From the NCBI GenBank assembly GCA_964016885.1, contig OZ024758.1, positions 1,116,001-1,180,000 of the forward strand: a stretch of 64,000 nucleotides of DNA, written 5' to 3'. The notes under the pieces are model-generated. The model did not search any database, was not told the origin of the DNA, and worked only from the letters and a program-made list of their open reading frames with translations. Position numbers and translations under genes: made by a program. Shown piece after piece: positions 29,321 through 43,144 of the stretch. This stretch comes from Eledone cirrhosa. Taxonomy: Eukaryota. Within the stretch, counting starts at the first letter, position 1. Each line of letters opens with the position of its first letter.

Positions 29321-29452
29321 CAGTCGTTGTCCAAGACCCGTGTTTAATACCCTCAGTCATTGTCCAAGACCCGTGTTTAATAGCCTCAGTCATTGTCCAA
29401 GACCCGTGTTTAATAGCCTCAGTCATTGTCCAAGACCCGTGTTTAATAGCCT
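29321..29452. repeat. 33-bp tandem repeat x4 (CAGTCATTGTCCAAGACCCGTGTTTAATAGCCT)
   Basis: Four head-to-tail units with no spacers. Confidence 0.95.
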
Positions 29453-30123
29453 CTATCACCTGGTAATTGAAATAACGTTTCTGGAAAGCGAAATTAAGGA
29501 AAACTAATGAAGTTTACCTTATTTACAGTCAGTGTTTTTCTTTTAATCCAATACAGTAACCTTTAATAAGATTTGGTTCTGTAATGTCTGCAGAAGTGAG
29601 TATTTATTGGCACTAGTCCAAACCCATCATCTGATTACTGTGCTTTTGTTTTCAAATCGCCCCATTGCAATATACTTACTAGCTACAGCGTCTTCAAACT
29701 ATTTAAATGCATTTACGTACATAATACCTTTCTTTTTTTACAAAATAAAAATAAAAACCTAGTCTTTCTCTTCTTATTTTGCTTTCTATTTTTCTATTTG
29801 TTTTATTTTGCTTCGTTTGTCGATTTTTTCCTTTTGTTTATTGCCATTACTGTTTGTTTTGTTTTTGATTTTTTTTTTTCATTACAGTTATTCATTGTTA
29901 CTGTTGTTGTTGTTTTATTGTTCATTGTTCTGTAGTTTTACTTATCCTTTCCATTAACTCCTCCCTGATTTTCTCTTCTCTCTTCCCTCCCTCACTCTTC
30001 CCCTCTCCCTCTCTCCCCTTCTGAATTCCCTTTCATTATAATGTCGACAACAGAAGTTAGAATCCTATTCTTCACACTTGCCAATTAACGAAACTTGCAC
30101 ACTTTTACTTACACACATACAGT

Positions 30124-30176
<53 letters not shown>

Positions 30177-30341
30177 ACACCATGTAACTTTAACTCTTTG
30201 TCCTAAGATTTACTTGGCTCCCAGCCGGAATCCATCATTTTCCTTACAGCTTATTCTTGGACATTTTAAATACTGGACATGTTAACACTGCAAATATAAG
30301 AATATTCATATTCCATTTCATGCCCTACACCCCCTCCCTCC

Positions 30342-30427
<86 letters not shown>

Positions 30428-30475
30428 ACTACTACTACTGATACTCCTACTACTACTGCTGCTGCTGCTGCTCTA

Positions 30476-30529
<54 letters not shown>

Positions 30530-32107
30530 GGGGTCGATTTAATCAACGTTCCCTTCCCCCAAAATTGTTGGCCTTGTGTCTAAATCAGAAACTATTATAA
30601 TTAAATGCATTAATATAATCCCGACGAGTTTATCTTTGCCTTTCATCTTTAAGGATCGATAAAATAAAGCACCAGTTATGCACTGGGGTCGATTTAATCG
30701 ACTTTCCCCTCTTCCCAAATTGTTGGCCTTGTACCTATAGTAGAAACCATTATTATAATCCCTAAGAGCTTAGTTTTGCTTTTCATCTTTTAAGGGATTG
30801 ATAAAATAAATTACCAGTAATGTACTGGGATAGGTTTAATCAACTTCACCGTCATACAAAATTGTTGGCCTTGTGCCTAAATCAGAAACAATTATAATTG
30901 CAATGTGCGCAGAGCAAGGAAAGTGTTGAGCATAGAATCGTTTTGTACTTGTATAATTTTGACTTGTGGAGTTACGTTGAAAAGAAATTGTTGCGTGTAG
31001 GACGGCTCCGTCTATCAACTGATCTCGTTGTGAAGATCACATAACAGGGAATTTAGTGTAGATTTCCTTATGTCTGATAGCTATAACGAAAGATGTAGTG
31101 TGTTGGCCAAGATTGAGCAGGATGAAGACTCACCCATTATTTTTCGATTGATATATCACCATCTTTTCAAGTTTCACATGGAAAGGGAGGTGAGTGTGGA
31201 GAGGGGGGTTGCGAACTAAAGAAAACTGGCAAGAATAAATATATCTACTCCTTACTTGTGCCTGTACCTCGGGCAATGTCAGATGGAGAGCGCACTTGCC
31301 CATGGTGGTCAGTGTGATTTTGGATCTGTGAAGTTCATTTAGTCTCAGGTATTCAGCTCTCTATACCAGAAGAATTGAATGACTTATATAATTGTATGTC
31401 TAACTTGTATATTATGTACACTTGTTACAAGATTTGAATTCAGAACATACCGCTTCAATAATTTCAACAAACCCCCACTTCCTGAAATGCTACATTATTT
31501 ATCGACCCTGTAAAAAAGGAAGGTATTGCTGTCCTGCATAGGGATTGAACTGAGATCACAGGGAACCAACACATGTGCTTCAAAACCTGTAAACCATCGC
31601 ACAAACGACTGTAATTCGCCGTCTGTTAGATATAGCAGTTAAATATCTTTCAATCGAAACACCAATATATTAAAAAAAGGAAGAACGCAATGTGCAATCT
31701 ATGTTCTGCTATATCAAAACATGAAATTGTCACAGCTGAAACGACTTCTTCAAAACCCTGCAACAACAGAGTTTATCTTGGACTAAACAACAAGAACGGT
31801 AAAGACAAATTGACGTTTTCTAAGTCGGAATTCGAAACTGAGTCAAGGGCTGAAATCAACGCACGAATGTCTATAATATGTGAGTTACCTACCCAGCAAC
31901 ATCTTAAAGATAACATCCCAGCGCATCTTTATGATGTAAAATATTGGCTCTGTGCCTGAAGACAGAGATTCCAGGTCAGACAGTAGACTGGCTAATTGTC
32001 TTGTTATGGTAATTGTTGTCCTAATTATACAGTTTCTTTTCCCTCCTCCTTCACTCCTCTTTCTTCTACTTCTCCTCCTCCTCCACCACCTCCAACACTT
32101 CTTCTTC

Positions 32108-32146
<39 letters not shown>

Positions 32147-32599
32147 TTCTTCTTCCTTCGCCTCCTCCTCCTAATATCCTATTAAGGAGAACAGGTACTC
32201 TATTCTAAGGCCCCCTTTCTATGACTTAAGCAGATTTCGCTCTAAGCTTTTATCCTATTTCTGTCCCTTTACCTTCTTACACTCCTGTTATTGCAGTATC
32301 TAGGGCTTTAAACTTGGATTCTTTATCAACCACCTTTACCAAAATGTTATTGCCATCCAGGCAAGCAAACATCAATTGTGTAAAACTTATTCCTAATTTT
32401 TCAATATCTATTTGGTTGGTTCATCTGCCAGTATACCTGCGTAAGCCGTATAACGCTTTCATTTTCTCCTAGTCTCTAATATATACTAGTCTCTAGTATA
32501 TACTTATATCCAGTATACTCTAGTATATACTAGTCTCTAGTATATACTAGTCTCTAGTATATACTTATCCCCATTTTATACAGCTAGTTGCAGGGTGGG

Positions 32600-32832
32600 C
32601 AGTAGCGGACTGGCCAGGTTGCTAGGTTGCCCAATAGCAAGTGTGCCCTAGGGTGACCACAGTAGCATTGCAGGGCCCACTGTTGTATTTTAGCTTTAAA
32701 AAAATACTTGAAATCTAAGAGAAAGAATGATATTTAAAAAAAATAAATAAAACAATTAAGCAAAGCATTTGTTTAACCAATTCCCCAGGGAATTACTAGA
32801 AACCAAAATATATGATAGTGCACATAGCTGGA

Positions 32833-32907
<75 letters not shown>

Positions 32908-33710
32908 TGAGAGAGAGAAAGAGAGAGAGAGAGGGCGGGAGAGAGAAAGAGAGGGGCGGGAAATGAGGTGAAACAGAAATGAAACGGATTACAGGTTAAA
33001 ATATAGTCTAGATAGATGAGAAACAAAACGAGGTTGTAGTTTATGGAACACCCAAATGATTTAGAAGTCGACCTTAAGTAGGGGCAATAACATTAAGAAA
33101 GACATGAACGACACCACATGATTTTGTTTTGAAAGTAGGTTTATAAGTATGAATTTTCATGAGATTTTCGTAGTTGTCTCCATGGCTTAGCGGTAGGTTC
33201 TAGAGACGGAGGGAATACTGGACTTGGTTTCAAACCTTTTTCAGTTTTTATTTTACAACCAACAGAAAAAACTGAAAACGTTTACTAGGAACCCTACTCC
33301 CGATCAGGACCGAACTTCAGACCAGAATCATCACCGGCTATGATTCCTCCAAATAGGCCACCGAGACAGCTACAAAAGTATAATGAAAATTAATAATTAT
33401 AAACCTACTTTCAAAATCAAAGTTTAAAAGATTTGGTGTCGTTCATGGCTTTCCTAGAACTATTAATCATATTTAGTGTCGATTTCTCGTCATTATTGAA
33501 AGTCTCTGGATGTCGCAAAATACATAATATTTTTATTGATGAAGTTAAGATATTTTCCCGCAAAAATTTGATTGCACTGTTTTGTTTCTACTTATGTATT
33601 TTTTGAAAATGTTATTTATTCATTATAAAAATTAAATGATAGCATTCTATATGTAGGTGGGCCCCCTTCATCTCCTGGCAACCAATATTTTTAGACCCAG
33701 TCCGCCACTG
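32600..33710. mobile_element. Non-autonomous hAT-type element (1.1 kb) containing a (GA)n tract and a nested palindromic element
   Basis: TIRs CAGTAGCGGACTGG / CCAGTCCGCCACTG; flanks AGGGTGGG and AGGCTGGG form an 8-bp TSD with one mismatch. Confidence 0.82.
33007..33483. mobile_element. Palindromic element with two convergent tRNA-like heads, copy 1
   Basis: Colinear with 42651-43144; imperfect inverted arms sharing TTTTGAAAGTAGGTTTATA. Confidence 0.75.
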
Positions 33711-34198
33711 AGGCTGGGTAATTGTTGCTTTACAAATTTAAGTAAGACATATATATTATCAAACAAACAACACTTGCAAGAATTCGGTTTTATATTATTT
33801 TTCATAATATGATTCCCATAGATTCTAACTGCAAGACACTTGACTTCAATTTTAATTATAAAGACTTCGTTATTAATGACAGTGATGTCTGTTATATGGG
33901 ACTTTGTCGTTTGTCACAATTCCGCTAATTTAGTTGTTCTAAGATGGTTTCAATTTATTTGTGACTTCCATTTTCTCCATTGAATTCTGTTTAAAATATC
34001 TATTTAATCATTTAAATAATTTAGATGTATCCATAATTTCTGAAGCTAATGTCTGTTTAGTGATAAACACTTCTTCATATTCTATCATTTATAATGATCG
34101 ACTATTATTATTGTCGTTTGCCTGAGGAACGATTATATTTCAAATATGAAATAGACTCAATAGTCCTTAAATCAACCGTACACACACACACACATACA

Positions 34199-34316
<118 letters not shown>

Positions 34317-34975
34317 GATAGACACACACAGACACATACACACCCACACACACACATATATATATATATATATTATAATTATTAAGCCATACTTTCTCCT
34401 ATTCACCATTCTACTACCCTAAGTATTGAGTACTCTGGTGCGTCATGGTACATCTGGATCCTTACCACAACTCCTTCATTATATATATATATATATATAT
34501 TCATATATACGTATTTTAATATATATATATATCTTTATGTGTGTGTGTGTATGTGTGTATGTTGTGTATATATATATATATATTTGTACACACACACACA
34601 CACATACACAGACTTATATATATATAATATATATATATACGTATATAATGTGTGTGTGTGTTTGCGTGTGTGTGTGTGTGTGTGAGTTGGAGACATATGA
34701 TGTGAAATATGATAGCAGTTTAGATTCTGCACCATACGGGTAAGTATTTCTTTACTCATAAGTTGCACGGGGTTAACCTGAAAACCACCTTAGTTTGTAC
34801 CGAGAGTCACTTCATTACAACAGCCATTTGAAATGCACAACATCCATTTACATGTATTATATGGAGATATTCGAATTTACAACCTCAGCTGAACAATATA
34901 AAATCACACACACATACACAAATGTACATAAATATATATAAGCATACTCACTCACACACACACACATATATAGAA

Positions 34976-35072
<97 letters not shown>

Positions 35073-37244
35073 AATTATATATATATATATTTATATATAT
35101 ATATATATTTGAATATATATATATATATTGTTTTTTGGAATATATATATATGTATGTATATACATACATATATATATATATATATGTATTTACACACCTT
35201 CATGCATATACACATGCAAATATTCTTTCAGTCCATACACATATCTGTTACTTATATCCGTGTGTGTGTGTGTTGCATGTGAATGTGTATTCCGGCGTCT
35301 GTCTGCATGAGTACAATTGTGTGTAAATATCGAACCGAATGTCCAGTTACGAACTTATTTCATTTCCCGGAAGATTTCTTGTTGCCATTTATAAACTTCC
35401 TCTTACTTCACACAGCTTGAGCTGTCGACTAACTTCCTTTCCACAATGAAACATACTGCTCCGGGTCAAACAATCAAATACACCATAACATACTTAACCC
35501 TTTAACATTTACATTACTCTATATATATTATTGTATTTTCACAGTAAACACTTTATTTCACAGAATTCTCTCACATAATATCGAATCTACGAGATTTTAA
35601 AACTGTTTATTTTGAGAACAATACCTTAACATCAATATGAGTGACTGTTTACAGCGAGTTTGATCAGAAATAGGTGAGAAAATTCTGGCCGGATATGGCC
35701 GGTTTAAATACTAAAGGGTTAATGTTTATATAGGCATGGGGCTTTGCTGATTAAATGTTATATATGTACGAAGATCGGCTGAATGGTTCATAGACTGATA
35801 ATGACCTATTGATGCTAGAGCGGTTAAATCTGTTCGATGATAACAGTTAAAACTAGTTCATATTTAGATGAGTGACCGCCTAGGAAGCACACGAGTCCTA
35901 AAGACATTCGGAGGGCTAATTAAAACTCTATGTTGTCAATCGAATTCCTATATGAACAGCTACGTCTCCATCACTAATCACATTCTACCAACTTCAAAAA
36001 GAAAAGACATTACAAAATACGACCGATACATATAATATTCGATTATAGATGTTTATTGTCAAATTTATCTTAAGGTTTATCCGAAAATAAAATAAAATAA
36101 ATAAATAGATAAAACCGCAAGCAATAGAATTGATGTCAGCTCTACACGTAAAGGAAAGATTCCTCGTATGGCACAGTCGGTTCTTTAATGGATCGAGTTT
36201 GATGTACATTTACAACTATACAAACTCTGATATCTATTTACAAGTAGGAAGAAGAGTAGAATCTATCGACAATATCGCAGACCTCATTCTCTTATCGAGT
36301 AGAATGTAACTCGTCAAATCAGACCGATCGAAACTATTAGCAAAAAGAGAGACGTGAAATATAATGTCTTGCTCAAGGACATAGCGCATCACTCGGTCCC
36401 GGAATCAATCTCGCAACCTCAGGATTGTGAATCCAAATCTTTAACTAAGGCACGTGGCTTCACAAATAGGAAACATGTCTCATTTAAAAGTTAAATATGA
36501 TACATGGTGCACACAGCTAGGTGCAAGGCTGGAACAATCAATCATTCTAGTTGTAATACCACACCTATCCACATGCTTCCGCCATCGCTCGCTTTTCTCT
36601 GGTTTTTAGAAGCACATGTTTATTAAAACATTGATGTTGGTACAATTTTCTAGCTAACAGTTTTAAATTTACATTGCTTTTCCTGTGAATTCCAAACTAA
36701 TATTAGCATATCACAGTGTTAACTTATGAAACACTTTTCTACACAACACAACTGTTTCTGAATAGACTGGAAATTGTTATGGTTCAACGTTTCTCGTACA
36801 CAGCTAATGAAACAAAACCTAGAGAAAATGATTGACCAATAGATATCTATTTGATGTAAAACTTATAATTCTTACCGGGACACTGTGCGTATTGGACATA
36901 CATTTATTTCTCAGAAGTATCTCCAAGGACATATAGAAGGAAACTAAGAATTGACAGCGATTGAAGGGTGTAGATAACTTAAAAGATAAATGTTCAGCAA
37001 TATATTCCATTGATCTAGCCACAGCTGCTGATCATATTGAATCGACCAAAGTACCTTATTGATTAACATGAAATTGACAAGAACATTATAAAAGCATAAG
37101 TCAATTCTTTAAATAAAAAAGGTAATTCTTTCCCTTATAACATCCGATTCTCGGTGGAAAAAGCTAAATAATTTAGACTATGTAATTATTGTAGCTTTAT
37201 TTAGCTCCAAATAGAATGGAAATTTATTAAATAATATTGCCTAC

Positions 37245-38024
37245 CTGAATGGCGAATTAGGATCAAGACAAGTGCTGTTCGTGGATTTAAACGGACTTTT
37301 ACAGCAATCACCATGATCCCAATTATGATATGCTCGGTTGCATTCAAAGTCACATCTTCCGTTTCCAAGATTAACAGCATCACATGGTATTTCATCAATA
37401 TCACAATCACCTCCATCGTTTCCAGTTTGAGTATGCTGACATTCTAAGTTACAATGTTTGTCTCCTATTTCATTGGGAAGACAATCCAGAAGCACAGTTT
37501 TATCTCTTAAAGTTGTATTCCGTATTTTAATTTCTTCTAATTCCCAACTTATATTGTAAGGTTTAAAGGCAGCAATCAAAGCTCGATGTTGTTTTACAAC
37601 CTGGTTATTAGTCACCTTTGGGTTACGATTATCATCATCCATTACGTTAACAATTCGATATCGAATTTTCTTTTCCTGGCGCAGCTCACTGTGACGAGTA
37701 TAACTACGTATTATATCCGGATTGTCACAGACCGTTTTACCGCAAGATGGAGCCGCCAGTTGAATAGAATAGCGCTGCTCCTCTACATCAGAAAACACAA
37801 GAGCTGGTTGTTTTTTCAAGATAGTTTTCCATCTATGAAGATGGCTGAAGTCTTCTTTAAATACAAGTCCTTTGTCTTTCTCTGAATGTATATTCAAGTA
37901 GAATAAGTTTCTTACAACATCTCTGTGTTTTAGGGCAAAGTCCCAAATTAGTATTTGATCAATATAACCCCTATAAAGCTTGTTTTTCGTGTAAGGTTTT
38001 CCCCCAAGTAAGATTTCTTTACAA
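37245..38024 (-). CDS. PAPPA: Pappalysin exon B: end of LamG, start of protease domain, LNR1 and LNR2
   Basis: Acceptor tttacag, donor gtaggc; 780 nt, phase 2 to 2; CGKTVCDN, IRYRIVN, YNISWEL, IGDKHCNLEC...DGGDC, CLDPNSPFR. Confidence 0.96.
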
Positions 38025-39064
38025 CTGTAAATAGTAAGAAAAAATTATTAATTAAAAAATATACATACTTGTATCAAGAGATTAGTTTAATATATTTTAT
38101 ATAAATTTATTAGTATTTAGTTTTTAAAACATAACATTAATCAAATGATCATTCTTAGCCATCCTTTCGTTCATACTTTAAATTAACAAAATTATTCTGA
38201 TTCCTAACAGGTTTGGGGTCTGTAACCCCGTCCTATTTCCCTTTTCTTTCATCTGTTGTCTAATAACCATAACTCTTTCCCTCCCTTTTCTCTCATTTAT
38301 GGCATTTATAGTCCTTTCCAATACCACCTTCTCTTTCTCTATATTTACAGATCTGTGTTGCAATATCACAATGAGGTATTGTTACATTTCTAGCAGGATT
38401 TGAACAATAAAAATGTCATAGTTTGCAAATATCAATCTTTCGTTTCTTCTCATTTAAATATGAGACTGTGGCTAGAAAGATATAATGGGATTTTATTGAG
38501 TACACGACACATTTTGCAGGAAAAATTGTGTGACTTTCAAATCAATTTTGAGACGTATTACATTTGCATGGGATCAAAATCGGGTTCAGGATTCCTAATC
38601 AAAACAAATAGATTGATGATAGCATACATCGGGGTCCGAATGGAACTCCAAATGTTAATACCGTCTACTGCGAACGAAAGGTCCTTTATTGCTGTATACA
38701 CTACCGATTGTGTATTACTTTAATATTTCGAATTGATGATGCACCCCCTCATGCTGTTCAACAAGACAGTATTAGCCAAGCTAATTCCTCGCGAAAGAAG
38801 TCCACTAACATTTTTAGCTTAAAAACGTCTCCCTCGCTTCGACGTGTATCAATCCAGTTCATGGGACACTAGCTTAAATTGATTTATAATGGCGATTCCT
38901 GAATATTTCATAGAATATACATATCTATTAATTGTCACGGGCATGAATAAAGTCATGTAGAAACGTATTTACTCATTCACAAATGAAAATAAAGAACAAT
39001 AATGTTTTTGTTTTTTTTAAATGGGGTTATACCAACATTATCTTGAAACACACTCAACTTATAC

Positions 39065-39350
39065 CTGTTAGCAGATGCACTGAATAAGTCGCCAGTTTGC
39101 TTTTGGGAGACAGAAACAAGTGCACTGTTGATATATAGTTTCATTTGGTTGCCAGAGTATGATACAGAAACGTGTAACCATTGGTTTGGCAAGTATGATC
39201 GATCTGACATCAATATCGTTGACTCCTTTGAACGGTCTGTTTTGAGAGCAAAGTACACACGAGCATCTTCGTCCCTGCCTTCTTCGTTTGTACGTATTCC
39301 AACCGACCAGCCCTTACTGTGTTGGTTTTGATGACACATGTCAAATAAAC
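39065..39350 (-). CDS. PAPPA: Pappalysin exon A: laminin-G-like domain (GLFDMCHQNQHSKGWSVGI...YLPNQWLHVSVSYSGNQMKLYIN)
   Basis: Acceptor tttgcag, donor gtataa; 286 nt, phase 1 to 2; resembles human GLYDKC...RGWVVGI...LKTDR...YLPGQW. Confidence 0.93.
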
Positions 39351-39433
39351 CTGCAAATACAAATACAAAAATAGATCGTAGGTTTTTATATATATATATA
39401 TATATATGTGTGTAATATATATAGTATATCTCT

Positions 39434-39489
<56 letters not shown>

Positions 39490-39592
39490 TATATAGTGGT
39501 GGAACACTGGAAGGTAATAACCGTAGTGGTAGAGCACTCAGTCCAAGGGACGAGTTAGGTAGAAGTGGTTACACAACAGTTAGTTCACCATA

Positions 39593-39632
39593 CTGAGAAC
39601 AATTGTTTCACCTTAACGGATCCTCAGCTCGG
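39593..39632 (-). ncRNA. Candidate minimal type-I hammerhead ribozyme
   Basis: Minus strand reads CCGAG-CUGAGGA-UCC GUUAA GGU-GAAA-CAAUUG-UU-CUCAG: intact CUGAnGA and GAAA core, short stem II, palindromic stem III (ACAAUUGU), stem I GAG/CUC. Confidence 0.55.
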
Positions 39633-39682
39633 AAGGTGAAACAATTGTTCTCAGTGTGGTGAACTAACTGTTGTGTAACCAC

Positions 39683-39730
<48 letters not shown>

Positions 39731-39839
39731 AGAGGAGGGGGGGGGATTAAATACGTATGAATCAATAATACTCAATAATAAATAAACTATCATATTTTCT
39801 TAGATACAAAATATTGATTTCACAATAAAGAATTCACAA

Positions 39840-40400
39840 AACCGGTTAGGAAGCATCGGTCTAAAGACTGGACTAAAGACGAAAGCACTGGACTAAAGAC
39901 TGGACTAAAGACGAAAGCACTAGACTAAAGACCGAGACTGACGGCTTTCTAATCGCACCTAAAAATCAAGGCCTCTTTACGAGAAACCAACAAAATTTCA
40001 TCATGAATAGAACATGATAACTGCAGAATATTTTGAGGTGGGGAAGAAAAAATTAACCACATAGTATCTAGCTGCCCAGCTTTAGCCAGGAAAAACCCCG
40101 AATATATCCACAGATATGATAAAGATGGGATTTACATACAGTGGCATTTATGCCGAGACAACGAAATATCAACAGAAGACAAGCTGATACAAACTACAGC
40201 AGAGAATTTATCAGATAATGAGTTTAGAATATGTCAATAGTTACAGACAGCGAGACCAAAGTCAGTGGAACATATTTTATTGTGAAAGACCACAATGGAA
40301 GACGTCTTCTAACCACCCAGTCGACAATTTAGAGAGACATTATCTAAATGGGGTAATTATTCAATTATAAAGATGTGGAGATAGAAATACCTTGAAAGAT
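39840..40400 (+). mobile_element. Decayed R4/Dong-like LINE fragment (CCHC finger to RLE region)
   Basis: GLK..ETDGFLIA..NQGLFTRN, NCRI...INHIVSSCPALA...EYIHRYD..GIYIQWHLC; stops and frameshifts; small internal tandem amplification at about 39861-39930. Confidence 0.8.
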
Positions 40401-42383
40401 ATTTAACAAGGACATTTTACATTGTAAGACCAGCAACGAGCCTTATAATCTGAATTGTAGATATATGTCCTTCCGTTAAATTCATCTCGGATTTTCTAAC
40501 TAAAACATCAAAATTCAAGATGCCAGAGATAGAGTATTTGTATGGTATCACGCCATATTATTGAGACACCACATTAGATAAATTCATCCTGTATGCATTT
40601 CGATGCATGGTCACGGCTGGAATGCTTTAGAAGATATTGATACTTTCACAACGAAGAAAAAACCCACTTGTGTGTACCATTGAAGAATAAATGCTGCCAC
40701 CCACCACAAGACACAAGACATCCATACCTTTCTGGGCGTGAGGGATGAAAATAAATAAAACATGTGAAATTACATAGGGTGTTTGGGAGTTGATCTTCGT
40801 TAAATAAGTTGCATCCATTACGTCAGCACTATGTAAAGATAGTAATAATTGTAAGATGTTTTGTGTCTCAAACCCTTTCTTTCAGCATGTGTTGAAACAT
40901 TAGACAACATTTAAATAAGCAGTTAAAAGACCACCAGTATTGATAGTACAGACGTTGTCGTTGACGTACTAACTTGTCATTTATGGTTTGAGATCCTCAG
41001 GCAATGATTAACCTCTTTATTGATCTCTTTATCCCATTTATTACATATCTCCTCGTAGTCTCTCATCTTCCTGTGTCTAGTCTCTTCACTGGGAACAGAC
41101 ACACGCACCTACACATATTCACACGTACATATATAAACATATTCACACATACATACATAAACATATTCACACACACCTCACAAACATATTCACACGCACC
41201 TGCACAAACATATTCACACACACCTACACAAACATATTCACACGTACATACACAAACACATTCACACATACGTACACAAGCAGACATAACCGCTTTACAT
41301 ATACCACCTAGCAACACTTAAGAAGTGATATTTAAGAAGTGTAATTAAGGATAAAAATTGGATTACGATTTTGAGAAAGGAATAATTGGCGGCAACACTA
41401 CTTTGTGAATGTAATTATATTTATCACGTTATCTGTCTACATAGTCTTACAGCAACTTACTATATTATTTATTGAACAATATTTGGATTTCAAAGATAGT
41501 TAATAAAAAGAAGAGACGCTAGGGTTACAAAAAACCCTGATTCTGGACACAATTCCTTACTTCCGCTTAAACCTTCTCATAGCAACATCATTCTTCTTAC
41601 AAAATAATTGTTTCTACTTTTGGCACAAGGCCAGCAATTACTCAGTACATTACTGGTACTTGATTTTATCGACCCCGTAAGGATGAAAGGCAAAGTTAAC
41701 CTTGATGGGATTTGAAATTTGAACTCAAACCGTAAACGGCCGTTGCTCTATGTTGCAAAGCATGGTGTCCGGCCCTCTACACATACTGCCAAACCACCGC
41801 TTTCTTCTTACAAAATTATAAAACATAGGACATACATAATATTGTCAACAGTTCACGCAGATTTAGAAACTCAAATGCCATATATATATGGTATATTATA
41901 TATGTGTAGTAAGGTATATACAATTTTTTAGATACGCATGCGTCTATATATGTATGCACGTGTGTCTGTGTATTTGTATATGGCTGGCAGATTGGAGTGG
42001 ATATCTGGATATCACGAGAGAAAAGACGACTGAGAGATAACAACAATAATATATGACATAAAATCATGTAAACATATAAAATAAAACATAAAATATAATA
42101 ATTAAAACAAATGTTTTGAAGATAACAAAAAAATTAGGGCAGAATAAATCAGGTAGAAACCCAATTGATAGGGGGAAAAAAGGTTTCGAAAATACGTCTA
42201 GGGCGTTTAGAATAAATACATTCTTGAATTGAAGCGTGTTTGCCGGAGAGATAAGTAGGTAGTGATGCTTCTTGTTGTCAGTTTGGTAAATGAGTGGAAG
42301 ATAATTGTAAGGTTAATTTCATAGTCAAGGTTAGATTTCGGGTCACACACATTATCTTTAACTTGCTACTGTTTGGGTTTACC

Positions 42384-42431
<48 letters not shown>

Positions 42432-42630
42432 GGGTGGTGGATTGGCAGTATGGGTAGAGGGTCGGACACCATGCTTTGCAACATAGTGTTATGGCCCTTT
42501 ACGATCTGAGTTCAAATCCCGCCGAGGTTGACTTTGCCTTTCATCCTTACGGGGTCGATAAAATAAAGTACCAGTAATGCACTGGTTAATTGCTGGCCTT
42601 GTTCCTAAAGTAGAAACAATTATTATTATT
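42432..42630 (+). mobile_element. SINE family 1 full-length copy with (TTA)n on both sides
   Basis: Same head, body and tail as 12885-13078. Confidence 0.88.
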
Positions 42631-42650
42631 TGGCTCGTTGACTTACCTGG

Positions 42651-43144
42651 TCTAGATAGATGAGAAACAAAACGAGAACGTAGTTTATGGAACACCCAAA
42701 TTATTTAGAAGTCGACCTTAAGTAAGAGCAATAACATTAAAAAGACATGAATGAGACCCCATCATTTTATATTGAAAATTTTGAAAGTAGGTTTATAGGT
42801 ATGAATTTTCAGTAAATTTTCGAAGTTGTCTCTGTGGCCTAGCGGTAGGTATTACAGACGGTGGAGGTCCTGGTCTTGGGTTCAATCCTGGTAATCTTTT
42901 GCAGTTTTTATTTTACATCCCATAGAAAAAAACTGAAAAGGTTTACCGGGAACCCTACTCCCGACTGGAATCGAACTTCAGACCAGGAACACCACCGGAT
43001 ATGATTCCTCCAACTCGACCACAGAGACAGCTACAAAAGTATAATGAAAATTAATAATTATAAACCTACTTTCAAAATCAACGTTAAGAGGATGTGATGT
43101 TGTTCATGGCTTTCCTAGAGCTATTAGTCATATTTAGAGTCGAC
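42651..43144. mobile_element. Palindromic element with two convergent tRNA-like heads, copy 2
   Basis: Arms of about 200 bp bounded by GTCGAC; each arm has GTCTCTGTGG, an A box, a B box and a T-run. Confidence 0.75.

Noticed and set aside
31690-31959. 89-aa ORF in intron B-C
   Set aside because: No recognisable domain or splice context; length compatible with chance.
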